A DNA stretch of 64,000 nt from Candidatus Entotheonellaceae bacterium (GCA_965238075.1 OZ250173.1:2304001-2368000), one strand, 5' to 3'; counted from the stretch's first letter, positions 30,542 through 43,491 are shown. Notes: a model not told the origin generated them from the letters alone. Numbers and translations are program-made.

Positions 30542-31486
30542 GTGGAGAAGAATGTGGCGTCGGGAAGCGGTTTTTTACAGCGTTTGCGCAGCGGGTTGCA
30601 GAAGACCCGGCAGAGCCTCATGGGGAGTCTCGAGGCCGTTTTCAGTCGCAAGCGGCTGGACATCGACACCCTTGAAGAATTGGAAGAGGCCCTGATTCTC
30701 GCCGACCTCGGGGCGCGTACTGCCGACAAGGTGTTGCAAGAAGTCAACGTTCGCGTGAAGAACAAGACGATTGAGGCGGGGGACGGCCTGCGGGACGGGG
30801 TGATCGACATTTTGCGCGACATCATGACCGGGGCGATGCCGTCGGCGGCGGAGACAATCGCCCAACCGCGGCCGTGGGTGCTGATGATGGTGGGGGTGAA
30901 TGGGGTCGGCAAAACCACCACCCTGGGCAAGCTCGCGCATCATTTTCGCCAGCAGGGCGGCAAGTCGTTGCTGGTGGCGGCTGATACTTTCCGTGCCGCG
31001 GCGATTGAGCAGGCGGCGATCTGGAGCGAGCGTGCCGGTGTCGATGTCATCAAGGGCCAGCCGGGCGGCGACGCCGCGGCCGTTGCCTTTGATGCGGTTC
31101 AGGCCGCCTGTGCCCGGCGCATGGACCGGGTGCTGATCGACACCGCGGGGCGCCTGCACACCAAGGCGCCGTTGATGGAAGAGTTGAAGAAGATGCAGCG
31201 CGTGCTTGGGCGTGCCTTGCCCGATGCGCCGCATGATATCTGGCTGGTCCTGGATGCTACCACTGGGCAAAACGGCCTCGCCCAAGTGCGCCAGTTTCAC
31301 GAGAGTCTTGGCCTCACCGGGCTGGTGCTGACCAAGCTGGACGGCACCTCGAAGGGCGGCATCGTCATCAACGTCGCCCAGGAATTTCAGTTGCCGATCC
31401 GCTACATCGGCGTCGGCGAAGGGGTGGACGATTTGCGGCCGTTCGACGTCGCCGAATTTACGGCGGCCCTTTTTGACAAGGTATAG
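30542..31486 (+). CDS. ftsY: SRP receptor FtsY (NG domain only)
   Basis: GVNGVGKTTT, DTFRAAA, DTAGRLH, TKLDGTSKGG, GVGE..DDL. Confidence 0.96.
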   Translation: MEKNVASGSGFLQRLRSGLQKTRQSLMGSLEAVFSRKRLDIDTLEELEEALILADLGARTADKVLQEVNVRVKNKTIEAGDGLRDGVIDILRDIMTGAMPSAAETIAQPRPWVLMMVGVNGVGKTTTLGKLAHHFRQQGGKSLLVAADTFRAAAIEQAAIWSERAGVDVIKGQPGGDAAAVAFDAVQAACARRMDRVLIDTAGRLHTKAPLMEELKKMQRVLGRALPDAPHDIWLVLDATTGQNGLAQVRQFHESLGLTGLVLTKLDGTSKGGIVINVAQEFQLPIRYIGVGEGVDDLRPFDVAEFTAALFDKV

Positions 31487-31512
31487 GTATAGATGGAAGA
31501 AGGATACGAAAC

Positions 31513-32629
<1,117 letters not shown>

Positions 32630-32635
32630 CCCCCC

Positions 32636-33925
32636 ATGTACGAATTCTTCGTCAGTTTGCGATACCTCAAATCGCGCCGCCGTCAGGGATTCATCTCGCT
32701 GATCACCTTGATCTCGGTGGGCGGGGTGGCCGTTGGCGTCATGGTGCTGATCGTCGTCTTGTCGGTGATGAGCGGATTTGAGACGACCCTCAAGGAGAAA
32801 CTCCTCGGCATCAATGCGCATCTGTGGGTTCTGCCGCAGCGTGCGGGTCGTCTTCAGGGATACCGGGATTTGACGAGCCGGATCGAGACCATACCCCGTG
32901 TGACGCATGCAACGCCGTTCACCGCCCACGAGGTGATGCTGATGGCCGGCGGGCGCGTTGCCGGGACGATCGTGCGGGGTATCGACCCCGATGAGAGGAG
33001 CCGAACGAGGGATTTTGCTCGGCTGTTTGAGGGCCGGGACTTGACGGCGTTGCTCAACCCTCGGGCATCCGACCCGGGAAGCCCTGACGACGACGGGGCA
33101 CAATCGGCGCGCCGGGGCATCGTGCTGGGCACGGAGTTGGCGCGCACACTGCGCGTCGCTCCCGGAGAGCGGATCATTCTCAACTCGCCGCTGGGCATTC
33201 TGCAACCGGCGGGCATCTTGCCCAACATGCGCGGCTTCACGGTTACCGGGACGTTCGAGACCGGCATGTACGAATACGACGCCAAGCTCGCCCTGATTTC
33301 CCTGGATGAGGCGCAAGAGCTTTTCGATCTCGGGGAAGTCGTGCACGGCATCGAGGTCAGGGTGGAGGACATCTACCGTGTTCGCGACGTAGCGGAGGCG
33401 ACCGAGGCGCTGCTGGGGCCGAGTGTCTGGACGCGCGACTGGATGCAGATGAATCGGACGCTTTTTTCGGCGCTGCGGCAGGAGCGGGTGCTGATGTTCA
33501 TCATCCTGGCGCTGATCATCCTGATTGCTGCCTTCAACATCATCAGCACGCTGATCATGATGGTGATGGAGAAGACCGGCGCCATTGCCATCCTGAAGGC
33601 GATGGGCGCAAACAATCGGGGCATCTACCGCATTTTCATGATCCAGGGTCTGGTGATCGGCTTGGTCGGAATGGTTATTGGGACGATCGCCGGTTTGATC
33701 CTGGCCTGGAATCTGCCGGCCATTGCCACGGTGATCGAGGGCTGGCTGGGTATTCAGTTCTTCCCCCCGGACGTTTACGTCATTGATCAACTCCCTGTAG
33801 AGATCCGACCGCTGGATGTCGTGGCGATTGTGGTAACCTCGATCTGCGTGAGCTTTCTGGCGACCTTGTACCCGGCTTGGAATGCCTCCCGGCTCGATCC
33901 GGTGGTAGCTTTGAGATATGAATAG
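32636..33925 (+). CDS. LolC/LolE-family lipoprotein-releasing permease
   Basis: LRYLKSRR..FISLIT, VLSVMSGF, AAFNIISTL, IAILKAMGA, LATLYPA..A. Confidence 0.93.
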   Translation: MYEFFVSLRYLKSRRRQGFISLITLISVGGVAVGVMVLIVVLSVMSGFETTLKEKLLGINAHLWVLPQRAGRLQGYRDLTSRIETIPRVTHATPFTAHEVMLMAGGRVAGTIVRGIDPDERSRTRDFARLFEGRDLTALLNPRASDPGSPDDDGAQSARRGIVLGTELARTLRVAPGERIILNSPLGILQPAGILPNMRGFTVTGTFETGMYEYDAKLALISLDEAQELFDLGEVVHGIEVRVEDIYRVRDVAEATEALLGPSVWTRDWMQMNRTLFSALRQERVLMFIILALIILIAAFNIISTLIMMVMEKTGAIAILKAMGANNRGIYRIFMIQGLVIGLVGMVIGTIAGLILAWNLPAIATVIEGWLGIQFFPPDVYVIDQLPVEIRPLDVVAIVVTSICVSFLATLYPAWNASRLDPVVALRYE

Positions 33926-33933
33926 TTCATGCT

Positions 33934-34656
33934 ATGATTGAGCCACTTAACAGATGCAGCATGGACCAAGGCGGCCTGAAGTCTGTGGCGATTTCGGTTG
34001 ACAAGGTGTATAAACGGTACGCTCAAGCCGATACCACGGTTGAGGTTCTGCAAGACGTGCAGATGCAGGTTGCCAGCCAGGAAATGGTGGCTATCGTAGG
34101 GCCTTCGGGTGCCGGGAAAAGCACGTTGTTGCATCTGATAGGCGGCCTGGATCGGCCGACGCAAGGCCGCATCTGTTGTGCCGGGATTGACCTGTCGCAG
34201 CTTTCGGACCGACGGTTGGCCGATTTCAGGAGTCGTCGTGTTGGCTTCATCTTTCAGTTCCACCACCTCTTGCCCGAGTTTTCAGCCTTGGAAAACACCA
34301 TGATGCCTGCCCTCATCCAGCGACGACCCAAGCAAGAGGTAGAGCACCAAGCACGCCAGCTCTTGGCCAGCGTTGGGTTGACTGATCGACTTCATCACCG
34401 GCCCGGTGCGCTTTCCGGCGGCGAGCAGCAGCGGGTTGCAGTCGCCAGAGCCCTTATCAACACCCCAGACGTTTTGTTAGCCGATGAGCCCACCGGGAAT
34501 CTTGACCGTGCCACCGGCCAGACGATACAAACGCTTCTGCGTCAACTGAATCAAGAATTGGGGCAAACGTTCGTCGTTGTGACGCACGACCAGAAGTTTG
34601 CTGCACACATGGATCGGGTGATATCCCTTGTCGATGGCAAAGTCAGCGCAGCCTGA
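33934..34656 (+). CDS. lolD: Lipoprotein-releasing ABC ATPase
   Basis: [41 protein letters not shown]. Confidence 0.92.
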   Translation: MIEPLNRCSMDQGGLKSVAISVDKVYKRYAQADTTVEVLQDVQMQVASQEMVAIVGPSGAGKSTLLHLIGGLDRPTQGRICCAGIDLSQLSDRRLADFRSRRVGFIFQFHHLLPEFSALENTMMPALIQRRPKQEVEHQARQLLASVGLTDRLHHRPGALSGGEQQRVAVARALINTPDVLLADEPTGNLDRATGQTIQTLLRQLNQELGQTFVVVTHDQKFAAHMDRVISLVDGKVSAA

Positions 34657-34668
34657 GGAGATGTGACA

Positions 34669-37107
34669 ATGTTCAAGCGATTTACGGAACGGGCCAGACG
34701 GGTAATTATCCTCGCCAGAGAAGAAGCGGAGCGCCATCACCACGAGTATCTGGGGCCCGAACACATCTTGCTGGGCATGTTGAAAGACGGGGGTGGTATT
34801 GCCGTTACCGTGTTGCAAAAGGCCGGCTTGAGCATTGATCACGTTCGGATGGAAATTGAGCGCCACCTGCCGCGCAATGCCAACGCGCTGATTGTCGGCG
34901 AAATCCCATTCACTCCGAAAGCCAAAAAGGTGCTGGAGTACGGCGTGGAAGAAGCCCGCCTCATGGGCCACAACTACATCGGCACCGAGCACTTGCTCCT
35001 TGGCCTCCTCAAGGAGAAAGAGGGCATTGGCGCCAAGGTGCTGAACAATCTGGGCATTCGCCTCGTCGAAACGCGCGAGAAGATTCTCAACCTGCTGCAG
35101 GAACCTACGACGAAAACCAAGGAAAAAAGCAAGACCCCGGCGCTCGATGAGTTTGGCCGTGATCTCACCGAGCTGGGCCAGAACGACAAGCTTGACCCGG
35201 TAATCGGGCGCGAGAACGAGATCGAGCGCGTGGTGCAGATCCTGAGCCGGCGGACCAAGAAAAACCCGGTGCTCATCGGCGAGCCCGGTGTCGGCAAGAC
35301 GGCGATCGTGGAGGGGCTGGCGCAGCGTATCGTCAATCGCGAAGTGCCGCAGTTGCTGTTTGACCGTTGCGTGGTGGCTCTCGACCTCGGGGCACTGGTA
35401 GCCGGCACGAAGTATCGCGGCCAGTTCGAAGCCCGTATGAAGGCGATCATGAAGGAGATCGTGCAGGCGGAAAACATCATTATTTTTATCGATGAGCTGC
35501 ACACCTTGGTGGGGGCTGGCGCTGCGGAGGGGTCCGTGGATGCCTCCAATATGCTCAAGCCAGCGCTTTCGCGCGGCGAGATTCAGTGCATCGGCGCTAC
35601 GACCCTCGACGAGTACCGCAAGTATATTGAAAAGAATGGCGCTTTGGAGAGACGTTTTCAACCCATTATGGTCGACCCGCCGAGTGTCGAGGAAAGCATC
35701 GAAATCCTGCGTGGCTTGAAGGACCGATATGAAGCCCACCACCGCCTGCGCATTCCCGATGAATCGATCGTGCAAGCCGTCAAGCTTTCTGCCCGTTACA
35801 TCACCGACCGTTTTCTTCCCGATAAGGCCATCGACGTCATGGATGAGGCCGGCGCTCGCGTGCGCCTGCGGAGCGTGACGCCACCGTCGATGATGCGCGA
35901 CCTGCAGCGGCAAATTAACGAGATCGTCAGGTCGAAGAAAGAGAAGATCGAGAATCAGGAATTCGAGCGCGCCGTCGAGTTGCGGGATCAGGAAGAGGGA
36001 ATGCGGCGCCAAGTGGAAGACCTGAGGACCGAGTGGGAAGAGGCGCAAGAGGAATCCGAAATACCCGTGACGGAAGAGGACATGGCGTACGTCGTGTCCC
36101 GGATGACAGGTATCCCGCTGTCGAAGATTGAGGAAGCCGAGTCGCGCCGTCTGCTCAATATGGAGGCGGAGCTCCACAATCGTGTGGTCGGCCAGGAGGA
36201 GGCGATTGCCGTGGTCACGCGGGCGATCCGTCGCTCACGGGCCGGCCTCAAAGACCCGCGCCGTCCTGTGGGAACGTTCATTTTTCTGGGCCCCACGGGG
36301 GTCGGCAAAACCGAGTTGGCGCGTGCCCTCGCCGAGTTTTTGTTCGGCCACGAGAACTCGCTCATTCGGGTTGACATGTCGGAGTACATGGAACGTTTCA
36401 GCGTATCGCGCCTGACAGGGGCGCCTCCTGGATATGTGGGGTATGACGAGGGTGGACAGCTCACGGAGCAGGTGCGGCGGCGGCCATACTCGGTCGTGCT
36501 TCTCGACGAGATCGAGAAGGCGCACCCGGACGTCTACCACATGTTGCTTCAGGTAATGGACGACGGGCATCTCACTGACAGCTACGGGCGCAAGGTGGAC
36601 TTCAAGAACGTCGTGCTCATCATGACCTCGAACATAAGCGCTCGCGCGATCGAGAAAAACACGGCGATCGGCTTCCAGAGGGGTGAGGAGGACACGTTCG
36701 AGAAGATCAAAGAGAACGTCATGAACGAGCTCAAGCGCACCTTCAACCCGGAATTTCTCAATCGCATCGACGAAGCGATCATGTTCCACTCGTTGAGCCT
36801 TGACCATATGCGGCACATTGTGGACATTCTGCTTGGCCGTTTGAACGAGCAGATGGCCGAAAACGGTATCACGCTCGAGATCGACGACAGCGCTAAGACT
36901 TGGTTGGCGGAGCAGGGATACGAACCGGCTTATGGTGCGCGGCCCCTGAAGCGCGCCATCCAGCGCCACATTGAGGACCCCCTGTCCGAGGAGGTGTTGC
37001 GTGGCGAGTTTGCGCAAGGCGGCGTCGTGGAGATCAAGCTGGCAGGGGAAGAATTGGTGTTCCTCTCCAAGGAGGAAAATGCGGTGGAAACCCTGTCCGA
37101 TAGCTAA
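34669..37107 (+). CDS. clpC: ATP-dependent Clp protease ATPase subunit
   Basis: [12 protein letters not shown], two AAA+ modules ([16 protein letters not shown]), UVR middle domain, IGF loop. Confidence 0.94.
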   Translation: MFKRFTERARRVIILAREEAERHHHEYLGPEHILLGMLKDGGGIAVTVLQKAGLSIDHVRMEIERHLPRNANALIVGEIPFTPKAKKVLEYGVEEARLMGHNYIGTEHLLLGLLKEKEGIGAKVLNNLGIRLVETREKILNLLQEPTTKTKEKSKTPALDEFGRDLTELGQNDKLDPVIGRENEIERVVQILSRRTKKNPVLIGEPGVGKTAIVEGLAQRIVNREVPQLLFDRCVVALDLGALVAGTKYRGQFEARMKAIMKEIVQAENIIIFIDELHTLVGAGAAEGSVDASNMLKPALSRGEIQCIGATTLDEYRKYIEKNGALERRFQPIMVDPPSVEESIEILRGLKDRYEAHHRLRIPDESIVQAVKLSARYITDRFLPDKAIDVMDEAGARVRLRSVTPPSMMRDLQRQINEIVRSKKEKIENQEFERAVELRDQEEGMRRQVEDLRTEWEEAQEESEIPVTEEDMAYVVSRMTGIPLSKIEEAESRRLLNMEAELHNRVVGQEEAIAVVTRAIRRSRAGLKDPRRPVGTFIFLGPTGVGKTELARALAEFLFGHENSLIRVDMSEYMERFSVSRLTGAPPGYVGYDEGGQLTEQVRRRPYSVVLLDEIEKAHPDVYHMLLQVMDDGHLTDSYGRKVDFKNVVLIMTSNISARAIEKNTAIGFQRGEEDTFEKIKENVMNELKRTFNPEFLNRIDEAIMFHSLSLDHMRHIVDILLGRLNEQMAENGITLEIDDSAKTWLAEQGYEPAYGARPLKRAIQRHIEDPLSEEVLRGEFAQGGVVEIKLAGEELVFLSKEENAVETLSDS

Positions 37108-37251
37108 CCGGGGTTCCGGTGTCCCGATGTAAATTCCAAGGCCCGGTGGGGAAACTTCTCCATCGGGCTTTGGTATGTCTGGAGGAAGGCAAGACCTTGG
37201 GCCGGGTGCGTACGTAGGGGTTTGGCTGGCGGTGGTGGGAGAACGTGGTTC

Positions 37252-39510
37252 ATGATGTGGCGAAGATGGTTCGGTCTGATCGTGTTGCTGTCGAGTCTCC
37301 TGATAGTCGCTTGCAACGCAGCCGCGCAAGTCGGACCGGGCGCCATCGTCCGTGACATCGAGATTCGCGGCAATCGTCTGACCCAAGAGTCCACCATTCG
37401 GTTTTATTTGGAAACGGAGGACGGCAAGGCCTACGTTCCCCGAACCCTGAGCGAAGACATCAAGCGGTTGTACGCCCTGGAAACGTTTGATGATATCCGG
37501 GTGACGGCGGAAGAAGTCGAAGGCGGCATGCGCCTGATTATCACGGTTACCGAAAAACCCACCGTGCGCCAGGTGACCTACTCGGGCAATCGAGCGATTC
37601 AAGAGGAAGAAATCGACGAGCGTATCCAACTCAAGGAACGTTCGACTTTCGATCGCGGCCTTCTCAACGACACGATTACCGGTTTGCAAAATCATTACCG
37701 TGAATCCGGTTATTATTTCGCGCACGTGCGTCCGGAGATCACGCCGGTAGCCGATAATCAGGTCGATATCGACCTGATTATCACCGAGGGCAGGCGAATC
37801 CGCATCCGCAGGATTCAGTTCACCGGCAACACGTATTTCACCGATAATCAATTGCGCAAAGAGGTCCAGCTCAAGGAATACTTCCTACCGATCGTGAGCG
37901 ATTCGGCGTCGCTCTATCGGCCCGAGGTGCTGCGGGTCGATCTCCAGCTTCTGGAGCAGTTATACCAGAACAGCGGCTTCGTGAACGTGCAGCTTGGCGA
38001 GCCCGTTGTCGAGATCAACCGGGAAGCCGGCGCCATCGCCGTTACCGTGCCCATTGCACGGGAGGGCGAGCAGTACAAGGTCGGCGCGGTCACCCTCACC
38101 GGCAGCGAGGTGTTCAACTCGGAGGAACTGCGTGACTTGGTTCGTGTCACCAGTGGCGAAATCTACAGTCGAGAGACAGTGCGGCGCGATATTCTCACCC
38201 TGACGGAGGCATACGCCGACCAGGGCTATGCCTTTGCCGACATCGTCCCAACGGTATCCCTCGACCAACAGACCCGGCTTGTTAATCTCAGCTTTACGAC
38301 CCATCCCGGTCCCAAGGTTTATATCGGGCGGATTGATATCATCGGTAACGAACGCACCCAAGACCGGGTCATCCGCCGCGAATTGCGGCTCGATGAAGGG
38401 GAGTTATTCAGCGGTAGCAAACTGCGCCGGTCGCGCCAGCGACTCAATAATCTGCAATACTTCGAAGAGGTCAATATCGACACTAGAGGTCGTGCCGAGG
38501 ACGATCTGCTCGACTTAGAGGTGCAGTTGAGAGAGCGCGCAACCGGACAATTCAGCGCCGGCCTCGGATTCAGTTCGGTTGAAAACGCCATCTTCACGGC
38601 TTCCGTGGTGCAGAGTAACCTCTTCGGCCGCGGCCAGATGGTGAGCGCAAATGCGCATATTGGCGGCATCTCGCAGGACTTTTCCCTTTCCTTCCGTGAG
38701 CCATGGCTCTACGGTCGGCCCATCAGCCTTGGAGCAAGCGTCTTTAACCGCGCGGAGGATTTTCAGGCCTTCGACGTGAACCGCACGGGTGCCAGTCTGA
38801 GCCTCGGGCGCGTGATCGGCGAATTCGCCCGCATTTCGGCCGCTTACCAATACGAAGTGCTCGATATCAGCAATCTGAGCGCCAGCGCCTCCGAATTGCT
38901 TCAGCAGTCGCAGGGTAAATCGACAACCAGCAGCGTTACCCCAAGCATCTTGCGAGACTCGCGCGACAACGTGTTCAACCCGTCGGAAGGCTCGGTCAAT
39001 TCGTTTGAGATCCAGCTTGCGGGCTTGGGCGGCGACAACCGCTACTACAGGGCGATTGGCAATTCCACCTGGTATTTCGCGCTACCCGCTGAAATGACGG
39101 GCTTCGTGCGCGGCCGGTTCGGTTTCGGCGACGGCTTTGGTGACAGGGTCTTGCCGGCCTCGGAGCGGTTTTTCCTCGGCGGCGTCACGACCATACGCGG
39201 CTTTGAGTTCCGCGATATAGGACCGGAGGACGAGGCAGGTAATCCTTTGGGCGGGACGTCCTTCGTGCAGTTCAATATCGAGATTGGCAGGAGCCTCGGC
39301 AGCGTGCTGCGGGTGGTTGCTTTCGTTGACGCGGGTAACGTGTACGACTCCGATAACGACTTCGACATCGGCAGTCTGCGCCGTAGTGCCGGTCTCGGTA
39401 TTCGCATCGTAACGCCAATAGGGCCGATTCGATTGGACTACGGTTTTAAGCTGGATAAGAAGCCGGGCGAATCGGCCGGCAGGCTGGGCTTTCTCTTGGG
39501 CACTTTTTAG
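37252..39510 (+). CDS. bamA: Outer membrane protein assembly factor
   Basis: POTRA repeats (GN...T...IRRE), IRGF motif, C-terminal Phe. Confidence 0.95.
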   Translation: MMWRRWFGLIVLLSSLLIVACNAAAQVGPGAIVRDIEIRGNRLTQESTIRFYLETEDGKAYVPRTLSEDIKRLYALETFDDIRVTAEEVEGGMRLIITVTEKPTVRQVTYSGNRAIQEEEIDERIQLKERSTFDRGLLNDTITGLQNHYRESGYYFAHVRPEITPVADNQVDIDLIITEGRRIRIRRIQFTGNTYFTDNQLRKEVQLKEYFLPIVSDSASLYRPEVLRVDLQLLEQLYQNSGFVNVQLGEPVVEINREAGAIAVTVPIAREGEQYKVGAVTLTGSEVFNSEELRDLVRVTSGEIYSRETVRRDILTLTEAYADQGYAFADIVPTVSLDQQTRLVNLSFTTHPGPKVYIGRIDIIGNERTQDRVIRRELRLDEGELFSGSKLRRSRQRLNNLQYFEEVNIDTRGRAEDDLLDLEVQLRERATGQFSAGLGFSSVENAIFTASVVQSNLFGRGQMVSANAHIGGISQDFSLSFREPWLYGRPISLGASVFNRAEDFQAFDVNRTGASLSLGRVIGEFARISAAYQYEVLDISNLSASASELLQQSQGKSTTSSVTPSILRDSRDNVFNPSEGSVNSFEIQLAGLGGDNRYYRAIGNSTWYFALPAEMTGFVRGRFGFGDGFGDRVLPASERFFLGGVTTIRGFEFRDIGPEDEAGNPLGGTSFVQFNIEIGRSLGSVLRVVAFVDAGNVYDSDNDFDIGSLRRSAGLGIRIVTPIGPIRLDYGFKLDKKPGESAGRLGFLLGTF

Positions 39511-39552
39511 GCGTAGGACGATGGTTTTAACTTGGCAGGAAAAGGAGTGCAG

Positions 39553-40149
39553 ATGACGCATCCATGGAGTTTGAAAAGGCTGGGACTCCTGATGTTGGCA
39601 TTCGCTGTGAGCCTGGGCTTAGCCGGCATGGTTCAGGCGCAGGGCGTCAAGGTGGGAGTGGTCGATTTGCAAGCGGTGCTGGATGGCTCGGTGCGCGGCA
39701 AGGCTGCGAAGGAGCGCCTGAAGGAACTCGGCGACCAGTTGCAGCGCGAGATTCAAGCCAAGCGCGAATTCAAGGAGCGCAAGGAGGAAGAGCTGCAAAA
39801 TCTTCGCAGCGAGATCCAACGGCAGGGTCTCGTGCTCAGTGAGCAGGCGCGCATGGGGAAGGAAGAGGAATTCCGCAAGAGCATCCGGGAACTGAAGCGT
39901 TTTATCGACGATACCAATAATTTCATCGACGACGCCACGCAGGAATTCCGCGAGAAGGAGGTTCGCGAAACCCAATTGCTGCTCGTTGCCATCCGGGACG
40001 TCGTGCGCGAGGTCGGCACGCGCGGTCAATACACCTTGATCCTGGAGGGTAACGACAGCGCCGCTCTTGTTCTCTACATTGATGCCACCGTTGACCTTAC
40101 CGAAGAGGTCATTCAGTTGTTTGATCAGACGTCGGCTGAGGCCGAGTAA
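39553..40149 (+). CDS. skp: Skp/OmpH periplasmic chaperone
   Basis: Signal peptide, KVGVVDLQ, coiled coil, VDLTEEVI; between bamA and lpxD. Confidence 0.88.
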   Translation: MTHPWSLKRLGLLMLAFAVSLGLAGMVQAQGVKVGVVDLQAVLDGSVRGKAAKERLKELGDQLQREIQAKREFKERKEEELQNLRSEIQRQGLVLSEQARMGKEEEFRKSIRELKRFIDDTNNFIDDATQEFREKEVRETQLLLVAIRDVVREVGTRGQYTLILEGNDSAALVLYIDATVDLTEEVIQLFDQTSAEAE

Positions 40150-40160
40150 CCTGCGAGGGG

Positions 40161-41204
40161 ATGGTCGTGCGTGCGACGCTGGCCGAATTGGCGCAGTTGC
40201 TCGGAGCTGAGATCGTCGGCGACGGGCAGACGACGGTCTGCGGCCTCGCGTCCCTCGAGGAAGCAAAGGCCGGCGATTTGGCTTTCGTGGTTGGCGATCG
40301 CAGCGCCCGGGATCGTCTGGCCGAGTCGCACGCCAGTGCGGTCCTCGTCGCGCCGGATATGCCGGTGGATCGGCCCGCTGTTCGCGTGCCCGACCCGTAT
40401 CTCGGATTCATCCGCTTGGTGGAGGAATACTTCCCACAGCAGCACCCGGCCTGGGGCATTGATGATCGCGCTGTGCTGGCACCGGACGTTGTGGTGGGTC
40501 GGCGCGTGAGCGTCGGACCGTACGTGGTGATCGGCGATGGTACCCGGCTGGGAGACGATGTTGTCATCTATCCCGGAACCTACATTGGACCTGGGTGCCA
40601 TATCGGACCGGGAAGCATCTTATATGCCAACGTGAGCCTGTACCCTCGGGTGGCGCTGGGGCGTGGTGTGGTCGTTCACAGCGGCGCGGTCATTGGTGCG
40701 GATGGCTTCGGGTATCGCCGCTTGGACGGCGGGGACTATCGCAAGATCCCTCAGATTGGCGGCGTCCTTGTCGGCGATGGCGTAGAGATCGGCGCCAATA
40801 CATGCATTGATCGTGCCACCCTCGGCAACACGATTGTTGAAGCCGGTGTGAAGCTTGACAACCTTGTGCAGATTGGCCACAACAGTGTGGTGGGGGCTTA
40901 CACCGTTATGGCTGGGCAGGCGGGGGTATCGGGAAGCGTGCGGGTGGGCACCGGGGTGCGCATGGGCGGGCAGGCCGGCATCGCTGATCACGTGACTGTC
41001 GGCGATGGGGCGGCCATCGCCGGGCAGGCCGGCGTGGGGACCGACGTGGCACCCGGTACCGCGGTGTTCGGCTCTCCGGCGGTTCCCTCGACCCTGGCCA
41101 AGCGAGCATACCTCTATGGGCTGAAGCTCGGGGAATTGTTTCAACGTGTCAAGCGGCTTCAACGGCGCCTTGAGGCGCTGGAGAGCCGAGACGAGGGGAC
41201 GTGA
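40161..41204 (+). CDS. lpxD: UDP-3-O-acylglucosamine N-acyltransferase
   Basis: Hexapeptide repeats, IGADGFG, KIPQIG, IDRAT, KLDNLVQIGHN. Confidence 0.95.
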   Translation: MVVRATLAELAQLLGAEIVGDGQTTVCGLASLEEAKAGDLAFVVGDRSARDRLAESHASAVLVAPDMPVDRPAVRVPDPYLGFIRLVEEYFPQQHPAWGIDDRAVLAPDVVVGRRVSVGPYVVIGDGTRLGDDVVIYPGTYIGPGCHIGPGSILYANVSLYPRVALGRGVVVHSGAVIGADGFGYRRLDGGDYRKIPQIGGVLVGDGVEIGANTCIDRATLGNTIVEAGVKLDNLVQIGHNSVVGAYTVMAGQAGVSGSVRVGTGVRMGGQAGIADHVTVGDGAAIAGQAGVGTDVAPGTAVFGSPAVPSTLAKRAYLYGLKLGELFQRVKRLQRRLEALESRDEGT

Positions 41205-41668
41205 TGTTACTGGGGCCCGAAGACATTTTGGCGCTATTGCCCCATCGGTACCCTTTTATTCTGGTGGATCGCATCCGTGAAATTAAGGCGGACGAATACG
41301 CCATCGGGGTCAAAAACGTCAGCCTCAATGAGCCGTTCTTTCAGGGGCATTTCCCGCATTATCGAGTGATGCCCGGCGTGCTCATTGTTGAGGCCATGGC
41401 GCAAGTTGCCGGGGTCCTTGTTGGCTATTCGAAACCACAGGCGATTACCAGCACTCGGCTGCCGCTGCTCGCGGGTGTCGATCATTGTCGATTCAGGCGT
41501 CAGGTCGTCCCGGGGGATCAACTCGTCATACGCCTTGAGGTGGTTCGGCGACACGGCTCGCTGTGGCGCGTTGCGGGTCAGGCCTGTGTGGACGGAGAAC
41601 TGGCGGCGCAGGCCCAACTGCTGGTGTTTCTCGGCGACAAACCCGACGCCGAAGAAGGGGCCCAATAA
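41204..41668 (+). CDS. fabZ: 3-hydroxyacyl-ACP dehydratase
   Basis: LPHRYPFILVDR, FFQGHFP..VMPGVLIVEAMAQ. Confidence 0.96.
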   Translation: MLLGPEDILALLPHRYPFILVDRIREIKADEYAIGVKNVSLNEPFFQGHFPHYRVMPGVLIVEAMAQVAGVLVGYSKPQAITSTRLPLLAGVDHCRFRRQVVPGDQLVIRLEVVRRHGSLWRVAGQACVDGELAAQAQLLVFLGDKPDAEEGAQ

Positions 41669-42498
41669 TGCGGATCGACCCGCGGGCGATTGTCGACCCG
41701 AGCGTCAACTTGGCGGAGGATGCCGTCGTTGGCCCCTTCAGTATCATCGAGGCGGGTGTCACCATCGGCGCCAATACCGTGATTGGCTCCCACGTTGTTG
41801 TCGAGTCAGGTACTACCATCGGCGTGCGGTGCCGCATCGGCAGCGGCGCCAAACTGGGCGGCGCTCCCCAAGACGTGAACTATGAGGGCGGGGCGAGTTA
41901 TCTGAACATCGGCGACGAGTGCGACATTCGTGAGCTGGCCGTCATCCACCGCAGCGCGACAATGGGCGGCTGTACGAAAATCGGATCGTACAACTTCATC
42001 ATGTCGCAAGCTCACATCGCTCACGACTGTGTTCTCGGCGATCATGTCATCGTGGCCAGTTTGACGGCCTTGGCGGGTCACGTCGAGGTCGAAGATTGGG
42101 CGGTGGTGGGAGGCGTAACCGGCGTCCATCAATTCGTGCGTATCGGCACGCACAGCATGGTAGGGGGTGCCTCGCGTTTGATTCAGGACGCGCCGCCTTA
42201 TATGCGCACTGCGGGCAGCCCGGCACTAGTGCGCGGCGTGAACACCATAGGCCTGAGGCGGTCGGGCTTTACACCGAAACAGCGCAAGGAGCTCAAAGAC
42301 GTCTACCGCCTGCTCTACCGTTCGGATTTGAATATCACGCAAGTTCTTGGTACATTGCGACACCAGCCACACCTCAGCGCACCTGTGGCTCACTTGGTGC
42401 GCTTCATCGAACGGTCCAAACGGGGCCTCTGCTCATCGCCACGCAAGTCGTCCAGCCATGATACGGAAGGTGAAGGGGAACAATGGAACAAAAACTGA
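41668..42498 (+). CDS. lpxA: UDP-GlcNAc (or GlcNAc3N) acyltransferase
   Basis: Hexapeptides, PQD, HIAHDC, LAGHV, HQFVRIG, N.IGLRR.GF. Confidence 0.95.
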   Translation: MRIDPRAIVDPSVNLAEDAVVGPFSIIEAGVTIGANTVIGSHVVVESGTTIGVRCRIGSGAKLGGAPQDVNYEGGASYLNIGDECDIRELAVIHRSATMGGCTKIGSYNFIMSQAHIAHDCVLGDHVIVASLTALAGHVEVEDWAVVGGVTGVHQFVRIGTHSMVGGASRLIQDAPPYMRTAGSPALVRGVNTIGLRRSGFTPKQRKELKDVYRLLYRSDLNITQVLGTLRHQPHLSAPVAHLVRFIERSKRGLCSSPRKSSSHDTEGEGEQWNKN

Positions 42499-43451
42499 GA
42501 GTCGGCGTTGTCGGTGTCGGGCATATGGGGCGGTATCATGTGGGGCTTTACAGCGAATTGCCCGACGTCGATTTGGTAGGCGTTGCCGACATCAATCACG
42601 GCCGCGCGTATAGTACCGCTCAACAATACAACACCACTGCCTATACCAATTACCACGACCTCATTGACGAGGTGGACGCCGTCAGCATCGCCGTTCCGAC
42701 CTCCTTGCACCATCCCGTTGCCAGGGATTTTTTGGATGCCGGCGTACATGTCCTCCTCGAAAAGCCCATTGCCCACACCATGGACGAAGCCCAGGACCTG
42801 TTTGAATTGGCCGAGTCCAGGAACATGGTCCTGCACATCGGGCATGTTGAGCGCTTTAACGGCGCGGTGCAAGAACTGAAAAAGATCGTCCACGAACCCC
42901 TGATGATCGAAAGCCGCCGCCTGGGTCCTTTCGTCCCGCGCATCAAAGATGACGGGGTGATTCTGGACCTCATGATTCACGATATCGACATCATCCTGGG
43001 GCTCGTTCCGTCCCCCATTCAGCGCATACAGGCCCTGGGCCGATCGGTATACACCGGCAAGGAAGATCTGGCCAACGTGCAGATCTGTTTCCAGAATGGT
43101 TGTATCGCCACCCTCCTCGCCTCCCGGGCTACCGAGGTCAAGGTTCGTACCATGGCGATCACGCAGCCCAATGCCTATATCCTGCTGGATTACACCGATC
43201 AGGACATTCGCGTGCACCGCCAAGCCTCCTCGGAGCACATCGTTGCGCGCGGCACCTTGCGCTACAAGCAGGAATCATTCATCGAGCGCATCTTCGTGCA
43301 CAAGGACAATCCCCTCAAGCTGGAAATCAAGAACTTCATCGACAGCACCATACATCAAGTCTCACGGGTGCCTACCGTGGCCGAGGAACTGCACTCGCTG
43401 CAGGTGGCCCTGCAAGTCCTCGAAATCCTGGAAAAAGATGGTATGTTCTGA
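42483..43451 (+). CDS. Gfo/Idh/MocA oxidoreductase, GnnA-like
   Basis: GVGHMG, EKPIA, GHVERFN, DLMIHDID; overlaps the lpxA stop. Confidence 0.85.
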   Translation: MEQKLRVGVVGVGHMGRYHVGLYSELPDVDLVGVADINHGRAYSTAQQYNTTAYTNYHDLIDEVDAVSIAVPTSLHHPVARDFLDAGVHVLLEKPIAHTMDEAQDLFELAESRNMVLHIGHVERFNGAVQELKKIVHEPLMIESRRLGPFVPRIKDDGVILDLMIHDIDIILGLVPSPIQRIQALGRSVYTGKEDLANVQICFQNGCIATLLASRATEVKVRTMAITQPNAYILLDYTDQDIRVHRQASSEHIVARGTLRYKQESFIERIFVHKDNPLKLEIKNFIDSTIHQVSRVPTVAEELHSLQVALQVLEILEKDGMF

Positions 43452-43491
43452 TCCCGCGCGTTGCTGCACGACATGGCGTAGGAGAACGGCC